Below, piece by piece: positions 12,893 to 29,225 of a DNA stretch of 64,000 bases. A program made the translations under genes and the position numbers. How positions within the stretch are numbered: the first letter of the stretch is position 1; each line of letters starts with the position of its first letter. The DNA comes from the human T2T-CHM13v2.0 reference genome, Homo sapiens. The notes beneath the pieces are model-generated. The model was given only the letters and a program-made list of their open reading frames with translations. It ran no database searches and was not told the origin of the DNA. The DNA lies in NCBI RefSeq assembly GCF_009914755.1, contig NC_060928.1, one strand, 5' to 3'.

Positions 12893-13589
12893 AGAGAAGC
12901 ATTTTTTTTTAAGATAAGAGAGATTGGAGACTAAATTCTGAAGAGAAGAAAATTGCGACATGGATATTTAAGATGTATGAGAAAAGGAAAGAATCCATAT
13001 GCAAGATTCAGAAGGAGTAGCGGGAGATGGGATTCCTAGTATGGATGGAAGAATACTGTGATGGAAGGAAAGAAGGAAATAATGAGTACATATATACAAA
13101 TTAATTTTTAAGTGCAGTGTTTTGAATCAACAGAGTTTTAATATGATGGCTTTTGAATGTAGGAATAAATAAAATAATTAATGAACAACAAGGCATTTCT
13201 ATCCCATGGGTACAAACTATAGAACTAACTAGTTGTCTTTAAAATTCTCGCTCTTGTTCAGGACAAGGCTAGATGAATATTCTTACCCTTGGAAAAAGAA
13301 TTGTTAAGGCCTGAATTTTCTGGGTAGTGGTCAGCAGTGTCACTTTCATATACAAGGAACAATATTAAATGTGTAAAATATACCATCTTAGATGAACAAG
13401 CATTATTTTCTAACCAACTACTCTAAAAAACTTACATCATAATTAACTTTTTATATAATTGTGACAATAGTAACCACTGTACACATACCTGCTGGAGATA
13501 TTTCAATGAATATAAAAAGTAGACTTTATTGGTGAGTAGGCTGACCAAAAAAAGTGAATTTTAACAAAAGCACATTTTGAAATTCTTAC

Positions 13590-13698
13590 CTACAGTTTCT
13601 GGTCTGAGAGATGCAATAGATACCTCTGCTCCAATTAGTCCAAAAAGAAGGGGCTGAAAAATGTCCCAGGCAACTGCAATTATCTTTTCAACCTCTGC
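13590..13698 (-). CDS. SLC9B2: SLC9B2 exon 10
   Basis: ttttag|GCA...GTA G|GTAAGA; AEVEKIIAVAWDIFQPLLFGLIG...PETV. Confidence 0.96.
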
Positions 13699-15199
13699 CT
13701 AAAATAACAATAAAACACACACAGATTTTTATTATGTGAAGTTACAAATGCAAAGAATTTTATTAATTTGAGGTTTGAATTATTTGGCCTGAGATAAGCT
13801 TTATTTCTGTGCCATCTATAACTAAAAGGTTAGCTAGAACAGAGCAAAAAAACTGCATGAAGATCTTTCTATCACAGTTAAGATACATGAGGTGTTTTAG
13901 CATACTAAATATTAGTTTGCACATGGATATTAATAAAAAGATTCTTATAAAGTAATCTTATGAGGACTCCTACTTCTGAATACATCGTGTGTATGTGCAT
14001 GTGTGTATACATATTGTAATATATAGTAGTGTTTTGTAGTTTAAAATTTTATGTCGACTTTCCTTCAACAATATGATTTAGAGAGCTTGCAATATTGGTA
14101 CATATATCTAGATATGCCCCTGTTACTGCTGCATAGTGATCTACAGTATAGAAGTACCATAGTTTATTCAATCATTTCTTTATTGACAGATCTTTAAATT
14201 GTTTCCAATTTTATCTGTACAAAAAATACTGTTTAAGGTTATCTCAAATCACGCACAAAAATAAAATCCAGGTTTACTAAAGTGATTATCAGTGCCAATT
14301 ATCACTTTATTGCCCATTATCTCCAGCTCCTCTTTCACTGTTGCTCCACAGAAAATGGAGCTGGGCCTTTAAAATATTTTCCTTTGCCAGGTAGCACCAT
14401 GTTAAACTTTGTCAGTAGAGTGTGCTAAAGAGATATTGCAAGCTGAAGGTGCTTTTCTTCCTGGTTTCTGTGGCTCTTCCTAGCAAGATCTTATAGCATG
14501 CACTGGTGGCCTTAGCTCTAGGTTCCTGCATCCCAGGTGGCTTCTCCAGTATCAGGGTCCTACAATTCATGCAACCAGCAGCACCTAGTGGCCATTACAT
14601 TCCCTAGCATACCCCTGGGGCAGTTTCGTAGCAGATTCTCTTGAGCAAGATACTTCCCCATGCACCCAAGGGGATGGATCTCCTGCAAATTGGGAGGGTA
14701 GATTTTCAGCAAATTCTGCAAGCACAGCACCACAGCGACTTCTCTAGGCTCTAACAGAGTCTGGATCTCAGCCCTGCAGGCAGGAATGTGGAGGGTACAG
14801 GCTTAAGGGGATGATCTATTATAGCCATAGGTGCTATTCTCATATTCTTTAAGGATGTCTTCACATCTTACTAGCCAATACCTTGTTACTGGAATCCCTG
14901 GTGTGGTTAATAATCAACTTTTCCTATTCCAGTTACTATTTGATTTCTCTTTCCTCATAGGACCCTAATTGATACAAGAACTAACTTTGTAACACATAAT
15001 GCAAAAGACTCTAGGAAAACAGTGACACAATTGACTAGAGTAACATCAAAATGTTTTGTGGCAAAAGAAGCCATAAACCAAAAAAGTGACAAACTAGAAG
15101 AAAATATCTGTACCATGTGTAACAGAATAAGAAACATTGGCCAATCAATAAAAAAAAGACATAGATCCTAACAGAAAAATGGGCAATGAACCCAGAGAC

Positions 15200-18425
<3,226 letters not shown>

Positions 18426-18804
18426 GAAACATGGGCAAAACATATGCACAACTAATTCACAGAAGAAGAGATACAAATAGTCACAAAATCTAAGACACTA
18501 AAACGGAGTAATTATGAAACACAAATTAAATTGACATGCCTTTTTTTTTTTTCAAGGGGGAACACCACATTGGAAAAATACTAAAAGGTTTTAATAATGA
18601 AAAGTATTCATGACTTTGTAAGGAAACTCACCATTTGGCAGGACAACAAATTGATAATGCTTTTTTGGAGGGCAATTGAGCAGTACCTATTATACTGTCT
18701 AAGAATTTACATAGAACAGATTTTCTCATAACTGAAAAGAAGCTATATTTTTGGATGACATTTCAATGCTTACAATTACACAATTTAAGGATCTGCAATA
18801 TATA

Positions 18805-19321
18805 CACCAGGTCCTCAAATAATGTCGTTTCTTTCAATGTTGTTTCCTTCCAACAATGAAAAAAAAATCAATTCTTCATGTTCTCCCCATATCTGCAAGC
18901 ATTTTATGTGGGTAATCTGGTTTCCTCCCAAATCCCAAAGATGTTCTCATTAGGTGAACTGATGTGTCTACATGGTCCCTATCTGAATGACTGTGGGTGT
19001 GTGTGAATGCACCCTGTGATGGGATGGCATCCTGTGTAGGGTTGGTGCCTGGGATAGGCTCGGGCTTATTATCTTACTTGTTTTTATTAACCTTTCTGAA
19101 ATGTATGTGTAGATTACAATTATTTCAATGTTTAATCTTCACAGTGTTTTGGTTTTTATTCAGAAGTTTGGTGATGTTTTTGTGACCAGAAATATGCGTT
19201 AGGAACTTAGCTCTTGTTTATACCAATTGGCCTATGGTAAAATTGGTTTTGTTATTTGTCTTTTCACTTAAAGTTGCAGCTTCTGAGAACCTATTGACAA
19301 TGCTAAAATGAGGACTTACTA
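18805..19321 (-). mobile_element. MER82-like TcMar-Tigger element
   Basis: Termini CACCAGGTCCTC... / ...GAGGACTTACT resembling CAGTAAGTCCTC TIR. Confidence 0.7.
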
Positions 19322-19753
19322 TTAATATATTCAGCAGTTTGACAAAGAAGGATTACAATGTTTCTTTGTATTCTTTATTTGCATTATTTCTGATGTGTTT
19401 ATAGTGGGAAGATTATATTTCCATTCAGCTTACAAGTGTTGAAAGAGAGCATATGTGAGGGCATTGGTTGATTTATTTAATAGTTCTGTTTCTATAGCAT
19501 GAAAAATATTATGTTTTCATCAGATAACGAGTTAAGTTTGAACCCTCCACCACTAACTGCAAGGCACTTGCCTCTCAGCACCTCACTTTCTCATGTGTAG
19601 AACAAAAGGTTTATATTAGATAACATCTAAGATCATTTATTATGTAATGGCTAGTTCTGCCAAAACTACGATCCAGTTAACATCCTTCCACATATCTTTA
19701 AATTTTACTTTTTAATTTAGTTTTTTGAGTATATTATAGCTAAAGGTAAGACT

Positions 19754-20049
19754 TTTTTTTTTTTTTTGAGGCAGAGTCTTGCTATGTCACCCAGGCTAGA
19801 GTGCAGTGGTGTGATCTTGGCTCATGGCAACCTTCATCTCCTGGGTTCAAGTGAGTCTCCTGCCTCAGTTTCCTGAGTAGGCTGGGACTACAGGTGTGCA
19901 CCACCACACCCGGGGAAGTTTTGTATTTTTAGTAGAGATGAGGTTTTGTCATGTTGCCTAGGCTGGTCTCAAACTCCAGAGCTCAGGCAATCTGCCTGCC
20001 TCAGCCTCCAAAGTGCTGGGATTACAGGTGTGAGCCACTGCACCCAGCC
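19754..20049 (-). repeat. Alu
   Basis: Poly(T) + reverse Alu; TSD ~GTAAGACTTT. Confidence 0.92.
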
Positions 20050-21540
20050 AACGTAAGACTTTAGTTGATACTCATTGTAGTAAAGAACAAGAATCAACTC
20101 TATTAATTTTAGATTACTTAGACTTTTGTTGCCATGAATAATTGTTTAAGAGAAGTCCTCAAATGTGTTTCATATACTCAGAATACAAATGAAAGTAGGA
20201 CTAAAAATATTTCTAATCAAATTATTTTTTATTTCTAAACTGTAGACAAAGGCCAAAATTTGTTTTTGATTATAACACTTTAGACTAGTTGAACATCAGA
20301 CATGGGCTTATATATTGCAAAACATAGAAAAACATAGAAAAGTCACAATGTATCTTCTTGTGGGTTTTTCATAATGTCAAAACTAAAATGAATTTGCCTA
20401 TAAAGAAAATGGAGTCATTGAATAGGCTGTGTATAAAAGATAAGCCCAGGGTAATGAAGACTGTGTTGTCCCTTGAAAATTAAGGCCATTTGACACATTT
20501 GTATGCATCATTAGTAAGAATCTGAAAAAATATCAATTACTTTGGAGGACCAACAAAGGAGAAAGTTAAGATAAATGGAAGTTTCATCATGAGTTGGATA
20601 TCTACTTAAGTTTATACTTTTTTGAAAGAACATTTTAAGATTCAGAAAATCCAAAATACCGTATCAACAAAAAAATCTGTAAAAGTCATTAGAAGCAGCA
20701 CTAGATTTGACAACAGACAAAAAAAGAGAAGCAGCTTTAAAAAAGGTGAGTGCATCTGAATACAACAAACAAATGGAAAGATTAATGCTTATAAGACCAA
20801 GCACAAAGTATAAAATAATATCAGAAAACTATGGACACAAACAGAATCTTATAAAATATTTTAGCTTTTCAAAGTCTAATAAGTTAACAACAATATTGCT
20901 ACAGCCCTGTAGAATGTACAAGTGTGTCATTTTCATTTTCTCACATAATAGTTACAGCAATTTTTTAGATGATTATTGTATTCACTTTAGAGTTGAGAAA
21001 ACTGAGTATTTCAGAAGGCAAATGACTTGCTTGGGATTATACAGCTAGAAAGTAGTAGAACTGGGATTGGCATCCCAATCTCCATATTTTAAATCTTATG
21101 CTCTTAGTATGATATCATGCTGTTCTGGAGGTAATTATAAAAATAATAAGAGTTATTATTTACTGAATGTGTTCTATGATTAATAACTTTCCTTAGTGCT
21201 TCGTACAGGTTATTTTACCGAATCCTCCAGTCAGTGAAGTTGTCATCATCACTGGGAAGTTAGATAACTTGCACATGGTCAGACACACCTAGTAAAAGCT
21301 GTAGTGTTGAGACTGGCCTGAGGAGTCTGAGCTCTTGGCCCTAGGCTATCCTTTAGAATAAGGTAAGAAAAGGAATCCAAACTCAGGACTTTGGTTTGGT
21401 TCCTACAGGAATAAGAACTTTCCTGAGTACTAAATTAGAAAAGATATGGAGAGTACCTGCCACACGACAGAGTCAATAAACATTACTTTTCCTTCCTTTC
21501 TTTGGGGAACCATTTTTATATATTCAAATGGTATATTCTT

Positions 21541-21834
21541 TTTTTTTTTTTTTTGAGATGGAGTCTCGGTCTGTCGCCCAGGGTGGAGTGCAATGGTGTG
21601 ATCTGGGCTCACTGCAACCTCCGCCTGCCAGGTTCAAGCAATTCTCTGCCTCAGCCTCCCGAGTAGCTGGGACTATAGGCGCATACCACCATGCCCGGCT
21701 AATTTTTTGTATTTTTAGTAGAGATGGGGTTTCACCATGCTGGCCAGGCTGGTCTCGAATTCCTGACCTCATGATCCGCCCACTTCGTTCTCCCAAAGTG
21801 CTGGGATTACAGGTGTGAGCCACCGCACCCAGCC
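21541..21834 (-). repeat. Alu (S-like)
   Basis: TSD TCAAATGGTATATTCTT (21524-21540, 21835-21851). Confidence 0.95.
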
Positions 21835-22703
21835 TCAAATGGTATATTCTTATCCTGGCTCTGTCACTTACTTTTTGTCCTTATTTTTGACCTTCGCAAT
21901 ATACTTAGTATTTGTAGGCCTTGGTTTCCTGATTTTAAAAGTTGCTCTAATGTTTACCTTTCAAGATTATTGTTAAGAATAAATAACATATATCTCACTA
22001 ACAAAGAGCTCTTCAAAAAAATTAAAACTATTATAGGAGACTGACAGATCTGACTACATGAAAATATAAAATATCTAAGTGTTAAAAGTGAACAATATAA
22101 AAAGGTACAAAGATTACTTAGACTTCTGTTGCTGGGACTAATTGTTTAACAGAAGTCCTCAAATGTATTTCATACACTCAGAATAGTAATGAAAGTAGAA
22201 GGACTAAAAAGATTTCTATATCAAATTATTTTTTATTTCTAAAGTGTAGACAAAGGCCACAATTTGTATTTTGATTATAATGCTTCAGACTAGTTGAACA
22301 TCAGACATGGGCTTATATATTGCAAAACACAGAAAAACAGAAAAGTTACAACGTATCTTCTTGTGGGTTTTTCATAATGCCAAAACTAAAATGAATTTGC
22401 CTATAAACAAAATGGAGTCATTGAATAGGCTGTGTATAAAAGATAAGCCCAGGGTAATCAAGACTGTGTCATCACTTATATAGATGTGTGTATTGGGGGT
22501 GTATCTTACAGATGGATAATCAACACACATTATACTTTGGAAGATAATGAACAAAAGACCTACCAAAGAAAAAGAAAAAACACACAAGTGTCTAAATATG
22601 TGAAAAACTGTTCAATTTCACTGTTAAAGAAACACAAAATAAACAAGATGCAACTTTTTACCTATCAGTATGGCTAAAGATTAAAAGCAATAATATTTTA
22701 AGC

Positions 22704-22875
22704 CAGTGGTTCACAGTGTGGTCCCTAGACTGGCAGCATCAGCCTCATCTGGAAATTAATTACGTGCAAATTCTCAAGCCCCACCACAGTCTAAAATCAG
22801 AAATTTGTAGTAGGGCCCAGAACTCAAATTTAACAATCCTTCTAGGTAATTCTGCTAAAGTTTGAGAAAACTATT
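22704..22875. mobile_element. MER5-type hAT-Charlie MITE (related pieces near 27640-27780 and 35470-36360)
   Basis: CAGTGGTTC...GTGTGGTCCC...GCAGCATCAGC...TTTGAGAA motifs. Confidence 0.6.
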
Positions 22876-25184
22876 CTAAGGTGAAGTTGTAATGAGACAG
22901 GTACTTCATATTTTACTGGTAGAAAAGTAAATGGATAGAACTCTAGAAAGCAGTCTGGTAATATGTGTCGAAAACCTCAAAATGTTCATATTATTTCACC
23001 CCCAAATTTTACTGTTAGGAATATTCCTTAAGGAAGTGATCAATTTCTGATCATTTCAGCATAATTTAAAATAGCAGAGACTGGAAATAACCTTATAACT
23101 ATATATAAAGGAATGGGTAAAAAAACCAAAAACCCAACTATGGTGCATCCATGTGTGTAGATAAAGAGATTCACATAGCAGAGTTACTAGAGGTAAATAT
23201 TTTTAAAAATGTTAATAGTTATCTTTCTGGTTGTGGGGTTACACTGACCTTCTACATAGCAGGGCTACAGGAAATGTAAACAAAGGGAACAATGGTTTGG
23301 TTTATAAGAATCATTTATAGATAACCACATTATAGTTTCTCTGAATAACAGTGTAATCGGAAGTGATCAGTTTCCCTTTCCCTCCTTTTTCTTTCTGTGC
23401 TCTTATCCAGTGCCCACTTGCAGGAGGTATCAGTCTCTCCTTCATTTCTCTGTTGCTAAAACTACTTTTTTATGCTCTGTTTCAAATGATATTGCTCCTT
23501 CTCATTGTTTATTCTTTTTATCCTATCATTTATGAATTTAGAAGCTGAATTTTAAACTGCAAAAGTTTAGAATTATGTTTAAATACACATGGTAAGTGTT
23601 ACTCAAACAGATGTCAAAATATAAAATTGTGTCATGCACAATAATGCTACAGTTGTACTACAGCATAGTACAACTCACCTTGGAGTCAAATTAATCTGAG
23701 CTTAAATCTCCGTGCCATTTTCTAATTGTGTGACCTTGGACATGTTATTTAAGTCTTTCTGACTTACAGCTTCTATAAGGTAGAAATCATAATACTTTTC
23801 AAAGGTAATTTTGTGAAAATAAATGACCATATCCACTTAGTGCCTCATACAGAGCCATACAGCGTAGCAACAAAAATTTATTAATTCCTTTTTCTCTTTT
23901 TACCCATGACAGTATAATATAATGAGTTGATTTCAATTTGCAAAGATTTTTAAAGAGCTGGTGACAGAATGCATTTCTGTTACACTGTTGATATGAGAAT
24001 GAATGTTATTTACCCACAGTGAATGCTGTCTATGGAAGATCCCCACAGAGATCCACTTAATTGAGTTATGATTATATATCTCATCTCAAAATTTGTAACG
24101 TTTCCATATTTTCCATATGGCATTATTTTAATTATTTAAGTTTAATTATTTTGAACAGTTGTCTTCAGGCTTTGTAAGATTATCACAAAATGATATAGCT
24201 GCATTTATTTTAGGTCACCGACATCTTCATTAAGCAGAATAGCATACAATCCTATCAAGTTCAAATCTACAAAAATGAATCTGAAAATTAAAATAAATAA
24301 ATGACAACTAGTGAACTTCCATAATACATATAAACCAAATGAATATTCTTAATAATCTTGAAAATCAGTATGAAAAACCAAAGCAACCTTATAAAAATGG
24401 CAAAGGCTTTTGAACAAACTGGGTAGTAATCATATGAAAACATGATTAGCATTGCCCATAAAGAAATGAAAATCAGAATAATAATGAGATATATTTTTAA
24501 TTCATAATATCAGCAAAATATCTCAAAGACTTAGATCAGAAAAACAGATCCTCTCACATAATATTGGTAAAAATATAAATTGGTACAGTCTTTTAAAAGG
24601 TCATATTGATATTATCAAAAGTATAAATGTGAGTACTCTTTCCTAGAGCAATCTGATTTCTAGAAATTTATTGTATAAACTAAAATATATACTATATTTT
24701 ATTTATTTTAAGACACATATTTTTATATTTTAACATTTCTGAAATTAGAATGTTATGTTATCGTTTAATTGGCACTATTTTTTTTCTTTCTTGGTGTCAT
24801 ATAAAATAATTGTGTTTTTTAGAATTGACAGACTCAGATGAAATATGGTATGTAAGGATATATTATTGAAGCACTGTTTATCTTGGCAGAAAACTAGAAA
24901 CAACGTAAATATCTATAAAATGCAATACTCCGTAGCCATTACAAAGAATAAGGAAGGCATTACGGTAGTATGACCATGATATATTTTAAGTAAAGACATC
25001 AAGTTATAGATTGATGTGTAAGGGGAAAAAAAAGATGAACACTGGGTGTACATTTGTATATGCACATTAAGATAGCTTTTATAATGAAATACTTTATTAA
25101 TTTGATGCTAAGAAAGTATCTGGAAAGCCAACTTAATCTCATTAGAAAAGAGTCATGAGCAGAAAAACTTAAAATGAAATTCAC

Positions 25185-25334
25185 CTTTTCGCTGGTCCAT
25201 CCCATGCCTGCAAGGAAAGCCATGACCAACGTGCACAGTCCTCCTGATCCAGGGAAACCAAAATGCACACTGCTGAACACAGCTAGCACAGACAACCCCA
25301 ACACAAGGAATGTTCTCTTACACACAAGTTTGTC
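25185..25334 (-). CDS. SLC9B2: SLC9B2 exon 9 (150 nt, phase 0-0)
   Basis: ctaaag|GAC...AAG|GTGAAT; DKLVCKRTFL...GWTSEK. Confidence 0.96.
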
Positions 25335-26778
25335 CTTTAGGAGAAAAAAATTCATTTGCTCAATTATTTCAAATCCCTGATTTTTAATGATTGATTTTTT
25401 CCATATCTAGGATTTAGAAAGAAAATAAAAATTAAAATGTCTATATAAATAGACAAAACAAGTGCACTACATAACATTTACTTTCTCTTCTTAAACAAAA
25501 GCAGAGTTAGCACACTGCAATGGTGAGCTCTTCTTTCAGGAACACCAATTCTCTCCTCTACAGTTATCAATGCAGAATTTCACAGCACTTAATGAAGTAG
25601 CAGAAAAAAAGTACATGAGCTTTGGAGCTGGACAGACCAAGGTTAAATTTATAGTTTTTATACATTGTTGGTGTATGTAGTAGCCACATTACTTAACCAC
25701 TCCAAGCTTTGTTTCCTGAAAGCATTTACATCATAGGGTTTGTGTGAAGGTTAAATATATATCTCTATTATTTTCAGGCTCTATGTTTACTGTTTTAAAT
25801 TTGACGCCCCCTTGGTTTTTCTTTCTAAATCTTTGGAAACCAGGAAGCTTTAAGAGGTTCTAGACTGACAGTAGTTTTTGTTGCTGTTGTTTTAAAGTCT
25901 AAGAATTGTGTACTTTTTTTCCCTTTACTTTTCCCTGTCCAGGCTTTTAAACTTCTTGATCACTTTAGAAAGTAGGTCTTTAAAAGTGCTTGACTTGGCA
26001 AAGGCATGCAAGCTCTGAAGGTGAATTACCTGAGTTCATTCCCAGTTCCACCGCTTTCTAGCTATGTGACCTTGTTCAAGTCACTTATCCTGCCTAAGCC
26101 TCAATTTCCTTATCAGTAAAATGGTCATAGTAATAGAAATCTCTTTATGAACTATTTTGTCGGTTGTACTAGAGCAGTGTTTTCCAATAGAATGTTTAGT
26201 GATGATGGAAATGTTCTGTATCTGCTATAGCCACGTGTAGCTAGTGGCTACTGTACTGAACAAAGTGGCACTAGATGATGATTGACTGATTTATGTATGT
26301 GTGTATGCATGTATGTATTAGATATGGGCTCTTGCTGTGTTGCCCAGACTGGACTCAAACTCCCAGAGGGATCCTTTTGCCTCAGCCTCCTGAGTGGCTG
26401 GGACTACCAGGCCTGGCTAGAATCTAAGGTATTTTGATACTAAAAAAGGGCACAAAAAAGCTATTATATATCTGGGTTTAGTTGAGTATTATGAACACTT
26501 AAAAAACTTGCATATCCTATTACTTTGGAACGATATTATTTGTTTTACAGTGGAATTTGAAATGTACAGAATATAATACGGGAACCCATTACAGGACTGC
26601 ATTAAAATCTTCTATATTGAGCCCACTTCATAAATCTCATGGATAGCAGTAAGCAATTTTAAAATGAGGAACCATTTGCTCAAACATGTCCTTCACATCT
26701 GTCTTTGAAGGAAGTGTTCTAGAATGTTTTCCCAATGATATTTCAGAGCACAACTTTCCCACATATTATTTCTTTCAC

Positions 26779-26885
26779 CTGGTCACGGCTTGGAAAGTAC
26801 TGAATGAAAAATCCAAGAACAGATCCAGTTGCCACACCAATTACCACCTCCAAAACTCCTCTGAGGACATTAAAGACAGTAGAGC
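26779..26885 (-). CDS. SLC9B2: SLC9B2 exon 8
   Basis: tttcag|GC...CAG|GTGAAA; GSTVFNVLRG...FPSRDQ. Confidence 0.95.
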
Positions 26886-28239
26886 CTGAAAAATATATTA
26901 AAAAAACTTAGAGCTCTAAATCCAACAAATACACAGGTTTTATTCCACAATCATCAACATGAAGCATCTAATTACAAAGAAGAAACATTTTAAAGACAGT
27001 TTCTGCTTTCCATATTCTTAAATATGTAAGTGGAACCTACATTTTCCCCCATAGCATATAGGATTTAGGAAACTTTAATTAAAAAAAATTTTTTGTTAGC
27101 ACATTGTGCAGAAAATTATATTAAAGTTTCTCCACACATAAAGCACTTCTTCACAGACTGTCCTAAGAAAAATGTACTAACTGGTTTCTGTGGTCTCTTG
27201 TTATTATGGCAATCATTCTTCTTATCTAAATAAAATTACCTCTGAAGTAATTTTATTTAGCTAGGATCGCTTTCTACCAGGTAATGCTATGACTGTTAAA
27301 AACATCTAGTTGTGATAGTAGCATTATGCTTAAGCTATTGTGGTAATAATTTACTATGAATGTGTAGAAAGTAGCTAATTAGCTTTAGTCTCTGGTATAT
27401 TGAGGTGATTAAAAAAAAAAAGTCTTGGGCCCCACCCCTAAAAATCTGATTCAGTAAGTCTAGCAGGGCTCAGATCCAAAAGGTCTAAGGACCACACGTA
27501 GTTGGTGGGGGGGTGGGGCGGGGAGAGGAAACACAGCAGAGTCAACTAGGAAGGTTCTTCGAGCTGTAGCTTATGAAAACCCCACTGCCTCTTTCCTTTC
27601 TCCTCCCACCACCATGATTCTAATGCAAACTCTGTTGCTCTAAAGCTGTGGTTCCTATTCCAAGCTGCACTGGTTTCCACTCCAAAAGGTTCTGATTTAA
27701 TTGTCTAAGATAGGACCTACATAAGAGTATTTTTAAAAATCGCCCAGGTAATTCTAGTGTGATGGTAAGGCTGAGAACAATTGTTTTAAAGGTATATACC
27801 AGGAAAGTGGTAAGAACATAAATTTGGGTATGTGTAGTAGCATTAAAAATAGGAGTATGAATTTGACTTAATAGGTAAGAGAGCATCCTCAAAGGTTCTT
27901 GAACAAGAAAGTAATGTAATGAAAACAATGTTTTAAGAAAATCAATTTACTAGGGAATGGATGGAAGGCAGGCTCTGGAGCAATGAGACAGGGTGGGATT
28001 CTAGGTAACAGGCATAAATCATACACAATCACAGAATGGGGAGATAACTATAGGGAGATAACGAGAATGTATAACCTGCCAAGAAGATGTGTTCCCACTA
28101 CAGAATCTAAAGCTAAACTTAGATTACAATTATACTTTGTCAATCATATAATGTTGCAAATTTTATATCCCAATTTTGAACATAAGATTAAGAAATGAAC
28201 TTAAACTTGTGCTGTACCACAGGATAATAAAAGTGTTGA

Positions 28240-28298
28240 ACTGCTTTTGGCCTTTTGGCTAAGATCAAGCGTACTATCTGTTCACATCAGTTTAATAT
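28240..28298 (+). pseudogene. 3'-truncated U2 snRNA retro-pseudogene fragment
   Basis: GGCCTTTTGGCTAAGATCAAG...TATCTGTT..ATCAGTTTAATAT matches U2 nt ~1-60; flanked by a(a/g)gtgttgaac direct repeats. Confidence 0.9.
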
Positions 28299-28540
28299 AG
28301 GTGTTGAACAACAGTGGGAGAAAAAATAACTTAAGTTCCTCTTTTACTATACTTGAAACAAAATACCTCAATTTCAGACACTTACTAAGTATTAATGGGA
28401 CATCCATTAAAATCATTGCTGTTATTACCCATAAAAAGCTGAAGAGGAGAGAAGAGAAATTTTTCTTATTTTAAAGGCATGCTGTTCCTTTCACTTGGAC
28501 TGCTCTCTGTCATTTGTGCTCCTTGAAAAACCCACTCATA

Positions 28541-28648
28541 TTTTGTGTGAAGTCTCCACACATCTTTTGTGTGAAGTCTCCACACATCTTTTGTGTGAAG
28601 TCTCCACACATCTTTTGTGTGAAGTCTCCACACATCTTTTGTGTGAAG
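28541..28648. repeat. 24-bp minisatellite, 4.5 perfect copies
   Basis: TTTTGTGTGAAGTCTCCACACATC starting at 28541, 28565, 28589, 28613, partial at 28637. Confidence 0.97.
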
Positions 28649-28939
28649 CCTGAACGTTCCTGGATCACTTCAAGCAGAAACTGTTCTTTAAATCTTTCTA
28701 CCTTCTACCGCCCCTGCCGTACTGCACCTACTGCATGCTACTTGAGCAGTCTCTAGAGGGAGCAAGAGAGTAAAGACAGACAGCTTCTGGACCCTCCTTA
28801 GGTACAGAACTCTTAGTGTTCTTTTGCCTATTTTTAATTTGCCTTAATCAATTATCAAGCAAATATGTCATGCTTATAACATTTTAACCTACGTCCCTAG
28901 AATGCAAGAGTAAAGCCTGTTGTGAACTGATTAGGTTAC

Positions 28940-29115
28940 CTGTGGAAAAGGCTATGCCCAAGCATGTGTTGAAGCCAGTGATGGCCAGAATGTCATCGAA
29001 GCTGCCAGCTGCCATGAGCAAGGTTGGGACACCCTTCTCAACACCATAGCCTCCTCCCTGCAAAAGGAGCATTGAAGGCACCACAACAGCTGGAGATACA
29101 GCACCTAAAACAAAA
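28940..29115 (-). CDS. SLC9B2: SLC9B2 exon 7 (D278-D279 ion-binding motif)
   Basis: gcctag|T TTT GTT...ACA G|GTAACC; FVLGAVSPAVVVP...SFDDILAITGF...FST. Confidence 0.96.
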
Positions 29116-29225
29116 CTAGGCAGACAGCATTTTAAACATTTATGATAACATCTTACTTATTACTATTTTGAAATTATAATGCCCTCCACTTTTTAGGGGT
29201 TATACTTGGACAACAACAGTCTTTC

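Noticed and set aside
14278-14309. 9-bp inverted repeat TAAAGTGAT...ATCACTTTA
   Set aside because: Short and AT-rich; expected by chance at a repeat junction
21524-21838. Alu-derived ORFs here and at 31.5, 35.9, 37.7, 38.2, 40.7, 53-54 and 63.2 kb
   Set aside because: Standard Alu translations with no independent support
27503-27528. G-run cluster with G-quadruplex potential
   Set aside because: Isolated deep-intronic motif, common genome-wide
28541-28648. CRISPR-like palindromic repeat array, and ORF 28514-28756 (PHIFCVKS repeats)
   Set aside because: Units are contiguous with no spacers and there are no cas genes; the ORF is just the 24-bp repeat read in frame
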